This document shows, piece by piece, positions 1-6,589 of a DNA stretch of 17,636 bases (its first letter is position 1; each line of letters starts with the position of its first letter). Both the position numbers and the translations under genes were made by a program. The DNA lies in the NCBI GenBank assembly GCA_046758965.1, contig JBHIBG010000056.1, forward strand, positions 1-17,636, read 5' to 3'. Below the pieces are notes generated by a model that had not been told where the DNA came from, did not search any database, and worked only from the letters and a program-made list of their open reading frames with translations. This stretch comes from Candidatus Methylomirabilia bacterium (GTDB lineage: Bacteria > Methylomirabilota > Methylomirabilia > Rokubacteriales > CSP1-6).

Positions 1-85
1 GGTCATCGGGACGGACACCCGAGAGCTTCCCGTTACGCCTCCCGACAGCGGTCCGGGTCGCCTCCACGATCACCGCGTTGTGCAT
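1..85 (-). CDS. Thiolase (acetyl-CoA C-acyltransferase) family protein, 5' part only; runs off the window edge
   Basis: Not in the ORF track. ATG at 85-83 with RBS GGAGGA upstream translates MHNAVIVEATRTAVGRRNGKLSGVRPDD, the typical thiolase N-terminus (AVIV.A.RT..G+..G.L...RPDDL). Confidence 0.88.
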   Translation of the reverse strand, partial: MHNAVIVEATRTAVGRRNGKLSGVRPDD

Positions 86-105
86 AGCGTCCTCCTCCCC
101 GTTGC

Positions 106-148
106 TGAATGACGATTCATCATATGCGCGCCTTTGGACCGATGTCAA
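106..148 (-). promoter_or_regulatory. Sigma70-type promoter of the thiolase with an overlapping palindromic operator
   Basis: Minus strand TTGACA (148-143), 18-nt spacer, TATGAT (124-119). Palindrome TGAAT-GACG-ATTCA at 106-119 covers the predicted start site. Confidence 0.75.
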
Positions 149-221
149 ACGGGTCGCCGAGGGTCTACACCCTCGTCCCTACCGACAAGAGCCTTTTCAC
201 CAGCCGCGATCAGCTGGTCGG

Positions 222-1124
222 TCACCGGGTGCGCGCGACCTGGTCCGCCAGCTTGCAGAAGGCGCAGACGGTACCGGTGGTGACCTGTCCGCAGCGAGCG
301 CATTCCCGGAGCTCAACCCCCTCCGCTTGTTCGAACGCCGGGCGCGCCCGCTCGAGAAAGCCATAGAGGAAATCGTGCTTGGCCCCGGGTGAGCCATGCT
401 CTAGACGGTTCAGCAGCTCTTTGTAGAGGATGGACCTCGCGCCCTTCGAGAACGGGCACTCCTCCACGATGTAATCAATCCGGCGCAGGAAGGCGTAGGC
501 TGCGGCCTCCCGCTCAGAGAGTCGGAAGAGCGGTTTGACCCGACGGACGAGCTTCGGGTGGGTCGCCGGGAGCACCGGGGACTGGCGTGTCAGTGAGTCA
601 GTCTGCCAATGGAGGACCGACCCGAGGAGTGTTGCCGCCTCGTCGTCCAGGTTGTGCCCCGTGGCCACCACCGCGAAGCCATGCTCTAGCGCCACCTTGT
701 TCATGAGATAGCGCTTGGAGAGCCCGCAGGCTGAGCAGGGGGGGCGATGCGTCACCCGCGGCATCTCGGGGATCGGCGCCCCGACCTCATCCGCGACCGC
801 AACGATCAGCAGCGGGGCGCCCCGCGCGGCAGCAAAGGCCTCGCACTTGGTCCTGGACTCCTTCGAGTAATCGGAAATGCCGAGGTCCAGGTAGAGCCCC
901 GTGGTGGTGTAGCCCTCCCCGATGAGGACGTCCCAGAGAGCCAGCGAATCCTTACCCCCGGAGACGGCTACGAGCAGCGCTTCGTCGCGCCGGAACATCC
1001 TCAACCGACGGATCGCTTCGGCCACTTGCCGCCGGAAGAACTCGAGGAAGTCCGGCGCGCAGAAGGCCACGTTGTGACGCCGGAGCTCGAGCACCGCGCG
1101 ACCGCCGCACTTCCGGCAGTTCAT
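222..1124 (-). CDS. ttuA: TtuA/Ncs6 (TtcA superfamily) tRNA 2-thiolation sulfurtransferase, PP-loop ATPase with Fe-S and Zn fingers
   Basis: N-terminal CxxC...C, PP-loop SGGKDS, central CSAC, GHNLDD, EECP and C-terminal CARC...CAFC. Adjacent to a ubiquitin-like sulfur carrier. Confidence 0.88.
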   Translation of the reverse strand: MNCRKCGGRAVLELRRHNVAFCAPDFLEFFRRQVAEAIRRLRMFRRDEALLVAVSGGKDSLALWDVLIGEGYTTTGLYLDLGISDYSKESRTKCEAFAAARGAPLLIVAVADEVGAPIPEMPRVTHRPPCSACGLSKRYLMNKVALEHGFAVVATGHNLDDEAATLLGSVLHWQTDSLTRQSPVLPATHPKLVRRVKPLFRLSEREAAAYAFLRRIDYIVEECPFSKGARSILYKELLNRLEHGSPGAKHDFLYGFLERARPAFEQAEGVELRECARCGQVTTGTVCAFCKLADQVARTR

Positions 1125-1321
1125 GGCCGCCCCCCCGAGATCGCAGGCCGGATCTCGATCTCATCCCCTTCCCCGACCACCTGATCGGCAGTGAGGAGCT
1201 CTTCGCCACGGATCACCAATACCGTGTCGGGCAGCACCGCGAGCTCCGTGAGGACCTCTTTCACCCGCCGGCGACCGGGCAGCTCCACCTCACGGTAGGG
1301 GTTTCGCAGGATGACTTTCAT
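1121..1321 (-). CDS. ttuB: ThiS/MoaD-like ubiquitin-fold sulfur carrier (TtuB-like), 66 aa
   Basis: Start reassigned to ATG 1321: MKVILRNPYREVEL...GDEIEIRPAISGGRP. Beta-grasp size, C-terminal GDEIEI...SGG signature; ATGA overlap with ttuA. Confidence 0.82.
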   Translation of the reverse strand: MKVILRNPYREVELPGRRRVKEVLTELAVLPDTVLVIRGEELLTADQVVGEGDEIEIRPAISGGRP

Positions 1322-1322
1322 C

Positions 1323-1868
1323 TCACGCCTTCGGGAACTTGGAGCCACCCTTGATGGCGCGGAGCTGCTGGAGGTGGTCGCGGTCGTGGCGCGCCTGGAG
1401 CATCCACCACTGGGCAAGGTCCAGCTCGCCCAACGCGAAGTGTTGCCAGGTCAAGGGGCGGGGATCGAGGAGGGCGAGCTTCTGGATGGACAGCCGACTC
1501 CCCTCACGCGTTGCCTTCATGTCGGCAATGACCTGGCCGATGGGGCGTCCTCTCTCGGGTCTGACAAGCGGGGGCGCCTCCGCCCTCCCCGGAGGCGCCG
1601 GCGGGAGCGGCTCGAAGGCCTTCAGGTCAGTGGGAAACGGCGCCAGCGTTCCGGCTCGATCCGCGTCACGCGTGAGCTTGGTGGTGAGCTTGCCGGTGTT
1701 GACTTCGGCCAGCGTCAGGTGGTGAAGGATCTCGCCGATGGACCAGTCCCGCTCGCTCGGACGCCAGTCCGCCTGAGCCTGGGAGAGCCCCTCGGCCTCC
1801 TTCAGGACCTCGTGACGCACTTCTTCAAGCTCGTCCCACAACACCTGGACCGCGACCGGTAAGCTCAT
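1323..1868 (-). CDS. DinB/YfiT superfamily protein (putative metal-dependent thiol transferase)
   Basis: WSIGEILHHL and H...HDRDHLQQL His-triad motifs, H.ALGELDL.QW pattern. RBS GGAGG 5 nt before ATG 1868 (GTG 1871 is an alternative start). Stop lies 1 nt before the ttuB ATG. Confidence 0.85.
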   Translation of the reverse strand: MSLPVAVQVLWDELEEVRHEVLKEAEGLSQAQADWRPSERDWSIGEILHHLTLAEVNTGKLTTKLTRDADRAGTLAPFPTDLKAFEPLPPAPPGRAEAPPLVRPERGRPIGQVIADMKATREGSRLSIQKLALLDPRPLTWQHFALGELDLAQWWMLQARHDRDHLQQLRAIKGGSKFPKA

Positions 1869-1921
1869 CACGCCCTCCGCGTTTCCCCACGGGAGAGAGG
1901 AACATTTGCGCGCCTGTGCAG

Positions 1922-1927
1922 ATTATA
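1922..1927 (-). promoter_or_regulatory. Putative -10 box for the dinB-ttuB-ttuA operon
   Basis: Perfect TATAAT on the minus strand about 55 nt upstream of the DinB start in a GC-rich background. No recognisable -35. Confidence 0.5.
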
Positions 1928-2135
1928 CCCCACACCGATCGTGTGGTCGGCTTCCCGACGCATCTCGCCCGATGGGGCGGGCACGCCTCCTGCTCGCTCG
2001 AGGGTCACCGCAAAGCCCTCACATCGCTCAGGCCCGGATCGAGCTTCACCGGGGAGGCTCCCACGACCTGTTGGGTGGATGCTGAAGACGCCGGCGCTGA
2101 GAGGCGTGTCCCCTGAAGGGTGCGATCGTGTGGGG
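1928..2135. other. Highly structured 208-nt intergenic element (candidate ncRNA or MITE-like element)
   Basis: Ends pair (CCCCACAC-C-GATCG 1928-1941 with CGATCGTGTGGGG 2123-2135). Inner long-range stem 1979-1989/2101-2111 and several 5-bp hairpins. Confidence 0.4.
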
Positions 2136-2152
2136 AGGAAGCACGAGTGAAC

Positions 2153-2174
2153 GCCGGGGAAGGCTCTCCCCGGC
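2153..2174 (-). terminator. Hairpin downstream of the CoA ligase (possible terminator or stability hairpin, no U-tract)
   Basis: GCCGGGGA-aggctc-TCCCCGGC, 8-bp perfect stem 15 nt after the stop codon. Confidence 0.4.
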
Positions 2175-2189
2175 CGTCGCCGGAGCGGC

Positions 2190-3749
2190 TTAGGGCTGTT
2201 CACGCAGCTTGTAGCGCTGGATCTTGCCCGTCGCGGTCTTGGGCAGCTCAGAGACGAATTCGACCCATCGCGGGTACTTGTACGGCGCAATCTTGTCCTT
2301 GACGAAGTTCTTGAGCTCGGCCTCCATCTCGGGCAACCCGTGCGAGGTGTCCTTCAGCACCACGTAGGCCTTGGGCTTGACCAGCTTGTCCGTGTCCTCC
2401 TTACTCACCACGGCAGCTTCCAACACGGCGGGATGCCCGACCAGCGTGTTCTCTACCTCCACGGGCGAGACCCAGATCCCACCCACCTTCAGCATGTCGT
2501 CCGAGCGCCCGCAGTACCAGTAGTAGCCGTCCGCGTCCTGGTAGTATTTGTCGCCGGTCTGGATCCAGGGCCCGAAGAGCGTCTCCTTGGTCTTCTCGTG
2601 CTTGTTCCAGTAGTACGCCATGGTGGAATCGCCCCGGACGCGGAGGTTGCCTACCTCCCCGTGGGGAACCGGCTTGCCCTCATCGTCCACGATGATCGCC
2701 TCGTACCCGGGTACCGGGACTCCCGAGGAACCCGGCCGGACCTGGCCCGGCAGGCTCGAAAGGAAGATGTGCAGGATCTCGGTGGTCCCGATCCCGTCAA
2801 GCAGCTCCACCCGAAAGCGGTCAGTCCAGCGCTGGTAGAGATCCGGTGGCAGCGCCTCCCCCGCCGAGACGCAGAGGCGAAGCGAGGAGAGCTCGAAGCG
2901 CTGCTCGGCCTCTTTCACCTGGAGCATGGCCGCGTAGAGCGTGGGGACCCCGAAGAAGATCGTGGGTTTGAATCGGTCGATCACCTCGAACATCGCCTCG
3001 GGCGCCGGCCGGTGAGGGTAGAGCACGCCCTGGGCGCCCACCCGCATCGGGAAGTACATGTTGTTTCCCAGCCCGTAGGCGAAGAAGAGTTTCGCCGCTG
3101 AGAACGTCCGGTCTCGCTCGGTGATCCCCAGCACCTGCAGGGCGTAGGTGTCAGAGGCGATCACCATGTCGTGCTGGAGGTGCACAGCCCCCTTCGGGAA
3201 GCCGGTGGAGCCGGAGGAATACAGCCAGAATGCCGGATCGTCCTTGGTGGTCGCGGCCGCGTCAAGCTTCGGCGAGGCTTTCCCCGCCCACCGATCGAAC
3301 GGGATCTGCTTCCCTTCGGCCTTGCCGACGACGACCGCATGCTTGAGATACGTGGCTTGGGCCAGGATCGGGCCCGCCTCTGCCAGGAGCGGTTGGGAGA
3401 TGATCGCGACCCGCGCCCGACTGTCGTTGAGGAAGTAGAGATAGTCCTGAGCCCGCATCATGGTGTTGACCGGGATAGGCACGGCCCCCACCTTGATGGC
3501 GCCGAAGAACGAGGCGACGAATTCGGGGCCGTCGAGCAGGAGAAGCAACACCCGGTGCTCCATCTCCACGCCGAGGTCGAGGAGGGCGTTGCCGACGCGG
3601 TTCACCGACTCGTGCAGCTGGCCGTACGTGACGGTCCGATCCTCGCAGAAGAAGGCGACTTTGTCGCGACGCTCCTCGGCCAGGTTTCGGTCCACAAAGA
3701 AGCTGGCGACGTTGAACTGATCGGGGATCTCGATGCGGGGTGCGATCAT
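2190..3749 (-). CDS. bclA: Benzoate-CoA ligase family aryl-CoA ligase
   Basis: P-loop YSSGSTGFPKG, KLFFAYGLGN, SAGEAL, DGIGTTEILHIF, GRSDDMLKVGGIWVSP and LPKTATGKIQR match benzoate-CoA ligase signatures. Exact aryl substrate is not provable from sequence. Confidence 0.9.
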   Translation of the reverse strand: MIAPRIEIPDQFNVASFFVDRNLAEERRDKVAFFCEDRTVTYGQLHESVNRVGNALLDLGVEMEHRVLLLLLDGPEFVASFFGAIKVGAVPIPVNTMMRAQDYLYFLNDSRARVAIISQPLLAEAGPILAQATYLKHAVVVGKAEGKQIPFDRWAGKASPKLDAAATTKDDPAFWLYSSGSTGFPKGAVHLQHDMVIASDTYALQVLGITERDRTFSAAKLFFAYGLGNNMYFPMRVGAQGVLYPHRPAPEAMFEVIDRFKPTIFFGVPTLYAAMLQVKEAEQRFELSSLRLCVSAGEALPPDLYQRWTDRFRVELLDGIGTTEILHIFLSSLPGQVRPGSSGVPVPGYEAIIVDDEGKPVPHGEVGNLRVRGDSTMAYYWNKHEKTKETLFGPWIQTGDKYYQDADGYYWYCGRSDDMLKVGGIWVSPVEVENTLVGHPAVLEAAVVSKEDTDKLVKPKAYVVLKDTSHGLPEMEAELKNFVKDKIAPYKYPRWVEFVSELPKTATGKIQRYKLREQP

Positions 3750-3777
3750 CGGCTTGCTCCTCCCCGTGCCCGCATGC

Positions 3778-4260
3778 CTACCGGCGACGCCTCCGGGCCG
3801 GGCGGGCCTTGCGGGCTGCCGTCTTCGCTTTGCGCCTCGGGGTCACGGCGGGACGAGACGGCTTGACCGCCTGCGCCTCGATCTCCACCAGAAGCTCGGG
3901 CCGGACCAGCCGCGAGATCACAAGGAGGGTATTCGGCGGATAGGCCCCGTCGGGGAAATAACCGGGAAAGGCCTCCCGGCGGGCCTGCATGAAGCCCTCG
4001 ATATACTCGGCTCCCGTGAGGAACGTCTGAAACCGAACCACGTGGCGCATCGTACAGCCGGCGGCAGCCAGGACAGCCCGGATGTTCTCGAGCGCCTGCT
4101 TGGTCTGCGCGATGACATCCTCGCCCACCACCCGGCCGTCGCCGTCCATTCCAACCTGCCCGGCGACCACGACCAACTCCCCGCCCGGCGCAACGACCCC
4201 GTGGGAGTACATCCCGATCGGCCTACCTAACTCTTTGGGTGCCAACACCCGTATTGCCAT
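3778..4260 (-). CDS. Rid (YjgF/YER057c/UK114) family protein lacking the catalytic Arg, with a basic C-terminal tail
   Basis: YSHGV...VVVAGQVG, QTKQALENIRAVLAAAG, LVEIEA. PPNT stands where RidA has PARS. RBS GAGGAGG upstream. Confidence 0.88.
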   Translation of the reverse strand: MAIRVLAPKELGRPIGMYSHGVVAPGGELVVVAGQVGMDGDGRVVGEDVIAQTKQALENIRAVLAAAGCTMRHVVRFQTFLTGAEYIEGFMQARREAFPGYFPDGAYPPNTLLVISRLVRPELLVEIEAQAVKPSRPAVTPRRKAKTAARKARPARRRRR

Positions 4261-4375
4261 AGGATCCTCCTCGGAGTCAGGATGTTAAATCGACCGTGAT
4301 TCTCGACCGACTCGGGGCCGCTAGTACGCCTCCAACTTGTTTCGCCTAAGCCGGCCGCCGCGGGTGGCGCCGGGC

Positions 4376-4411
4376 ACCCGGATACCCGTCGAAGACGGAA
4401 CGTATCCGGGT
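4376..4411. repeat. Strong nested inverted repeat in the boxB-rid intergenic region
   Basis: ACCCGGATAC (4376-4385)/GTATCCGGGT (4402-4411) enclosing CCGTC-GAA-GACGG. Confidence 0.7.
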
Positions 4412-4580
4412 CGGGGGCGCCCCACGGCGCGGAGCGTACCACCTCTCAACAGGCCTGGAACTGCACTCGGACGACGCGTCCTGACGGACCGCCGAGGCTG
4501 CGGGAGCGAGCACCGTGGGGCCGCTCGCCGGGACAGGATCCGCGGCGCGTGGGCGTGAGGCCGATTCACTTGGAACACCA

Positions 4581-5696
4581 CTAGTCGGGGTCGCCAGCGT
4601 TCTTGGGGGCGATCCAGCCCGTCTCTCGCATGAAACTACTCGCCAACGCGATATCGTCGGGCCGGGGAAGGACCGCTCGGAGATGGGATTCGTATTCCCC
4701 AGGGGTCAGCAACCGCCCATCAACGCTCCAGCGCTCTCCCTTGTGCCCTCCGATCATGCGGTTGAACTTGGTGTCAGGAACGTACAACCTGGGCTGCCCC
4801 TCGGGGATCAGGCGGTTGGCCGTTTCCACGAGGTCGTGGATCTCCTTGTAGAACAGCGAACGCGCGTGCTCGTTGAGGTTCTCCCTGTCGACAGGGGCCG
4901 GGTTCGAGTCCTCGTCGTAGCGTCCTTTGAGCCCGTACACATAGCCCCACTGTGCCGAGCTGGAGTGGTCCACGCCGAAGAGGTCATAGGCCGTGGAGAT
5001 CCATTTGTTGAAGTACTTCTGGAGGAGCCAGATCGGGACTTTTCCCGCTCGGATGATCCGCTTGATCCCGTCGTTGCCCGTTCCGAGATGAAAGGACTCC
5101 TCCTTCAGCATGGGGCCCATGGACCGGGCCAAGGGGGAAAAGGCAGAGCGCGAGAGCATCTTGAGCTGGTACTTGCCATCCCGGTCGATGAACTGCGTAA
5201 AGGTAAAGAAATCGATCCAGTTCTCCACGTCCTCGTTGAAGGAGCCGAGGAGCCGGTTCTTCTTGAACGCCCGTCGCTCCAGGAGCTTCTGGGCCTCACG
5301 GCGGCCGGAGTCGCCGAAGTAGTGGACCAGCAGATACGACATCTGAAACCCATGCCGCATCTCCTCGCGGTTTACCCTGGCCAGGGCCTTGAAGTCGTAG
5401 TCGGAGGGGGCCGTGTCATAGAGATGGCGCTGCTGCTCCACGGACGCGAACTCCGTATCCCCCTGGACCGCGATGAGGTACTCGCAGGCATCGCGGATTC
5501 GCTGGTCAGGGATCTGGAGGACAGTCTCCCACTTGCGCTCGCCCATGAAATCACCGAACTCGACGTGGGAGGCCGTCTCCCCGAAAAGCGGCTGGAAGGT
5601 GTACTCCCCCACGTGCTCCCCGACCATGCCGATCTCTCGCGTCCAGGCCTGGAAGTAATCGGTCCAATCCTGCCAGTTCCGGATCTTCCTTGCCAC
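4581..5696 (-). CDS. boxB: BoxB-like (benzoyl-CoA 2,3-epoxidase / PaaA-PaaC ferritin-like) diiron oxygenase, short 371-aa form
   Basis: QGDTEFASVEQQRHL, NREEMRH, LLGSFN, FIDRDGKYQL, MLKEESFH, QKYFNKW, DLFG...SS and GLKGR align with BoxB motifs. Putative Fe ligands E82, E112, H115, D171, E200, H203. GTG start with AGGAG RBS. Confidence 0.85.
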   Translation of the reverse strand: MARKIRNWQDWTDYFQAWTREIGMVGEHVGEYTFQPLFGETASHVEFGDFMGERKWETVLQIPDQRIRDACEYLIAVQGDTEFASVEQQRHLYDTAPSDYDFKALARVNREEMRHGFQMSYLLVHYFGDSGRREAQKLLERRAFKKNRLLGSFNEDVENWIDFFTFTQFIDRDGKYQLKMLSRSAFSPLARSMGPMLKEESFHLGTGNDGIKRIIRAGKVPIWLLQKYFNKWISTAYDLFGVDHSSSAQWGYVYGLKGRYDEDSNPAPVDRENLNEHARSLFYKEIHDLVETANRLIPEGQPRLYVPDTKFNRMIGGHKGERWSVDGRLLTPGEYESHLRAVLPRPDDIALASSFMRETGWIAPKNAGDPD

Positions 5697-5704
5697 GGCG
5701 GCTC

Positions 5705-6493
5705 CTACCTCCCCTTGAATCGAGGCACCCGTTTGTCCACGTAGGAGTCGAGCCCCTCCCGGGCGTCCTCGCTCCGGAAGAGCTGGATCTGGAGCTCCTG
5801 CTCCAGTGCCAGGCCGTCAGAGAGGTCTACCTCCACCCCTGTCTGGATGGAGCGCTTGATATGGCCGACAGCCCTCGCGGCTTTGTTGGGGGGGAGGAAC
5901 TGGCGGGTGTACTCGGTCACGGCCTTCATGAAGTCCGCCTCGTCGACGATCTGGTGGATCAGCCCGAGGTCCAGCGCCTCCTCGAAGGAAAAGGTGCGGC
6001 CGGTGGCGATCAGCTCCAGGGCCCTGGCTTTTCCAATGAGGCGAGCCAGCCGCTGCGTCCCACCGGTGCCTGGGAGGACTCCCAGGGCCACCTCGGGCAG
6101 ACCGATCTTCCCGGCGTCCTTCCTGGCGATCCTGAGGTCGCACGCCATGGCGATCTCCAGGCCACCGCCCACCGTGTGCCCGTTGAGCGCTGCGATCACG
6201 AGCTTTGGCGTCTTTTCCAGGCGCAGGAGGGTCTCGTTGGCGTGGAGGCAGAAGTAGTACTTGTAGGTGGGGTCGGCGGTGTGGAGCATGTTGATGTTGG
6301 CCCCGGCGGAAAAGAACTTCTCCCCCGCCCCGCGGACCACCAGGGCATGGACGTCGTTGTCCAACCGCGCCCGGAGGATCGCCGCGTCGAACTGTTGCAT
6401 CGTCTCGTAGGTGTAGGTGTTGGCGGGCGGGTCGTCCAGCTCGATTACGACGATCCCGTTGTCCGCCGTGTAGTGCACCAACTCCCGATCCAT
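5705..6493 (-). CDS. Enoyl-CoA hydratase/isomerase (single-domain crotonase), 262 aa
   Basis: Start reassigned to ATG 6493 (RBS AAAGGAG). DDPPANTY, FFSAGANINML, GGGLEIAMACD and GLPEVALGVLPGTGGTQRL; both catalytic Glu are present. Confidence 0.92.
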   Translation of the reverse strand: MDRELVHYTADNGIVVIELDDPPANTYTYETMQQFDAAILRARLDNDVHALVVRGAGEKFFSAGANINMLHTADPTYKYYFCLHANETLLRLEKTPKLVIAALNGHTVGGGLEIAMACDLRIARKDAGKIGLPEVALGVLPGTGGTQRLARLIGKARALELIATGRTFSFEEALDLGLIHQIVDEADFMKAVTEYTRQFLPPNKAARAVGHIKRSIQTGVEVDLSDGLALEQELQIQLFRSEDAREGLDSYVDKRVPRFKGR

Positions 6494-6589
6494 GCGTGCT
6501 CCTTTCTCATGCCGCCACGGATCTGTGGCCTCTACCGCTACCTCGGTCACCCTCCCAGGGCTGTCGCTGACGCGCGCTCTTACTCGCCC

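Noticed and set aside
2028..2048. TCAGGCCCGGATCGAGC resembles the SRP RNA helix-8 motif
   Set aside because: Lacks the GNRA tetraloop and the conserved AGCAG/AGCAA, and there is no SRP-like rod around it.
1928..2135. 6S RNA or an IS/MITE with target-site duplication
   Set aside because: The structure is multibranched rather than a rod with a central bubble, and the flanks (ATA / AGG) show no duplication. Kept only as an unassigned structured element.
4321..4581. 86-aa minus-strand ORF after boxB as a possible thioesterase or ferredoxin
   Set aside because: Arg/Pro-rich low-complexity translation with no hotdog-fold or Cys motifs in any minus-strand frame and no RBS.
4515..5744. Long antisense ORFs (this 409-aa one, also 2340-3101, 7075-7965, 8261-9271, 11589-12644, 15012-16370, 16501-17481)
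   Set aside because: Stop-poor shadow frames expected opposite real genes in high-GC DNA; no family motifs.
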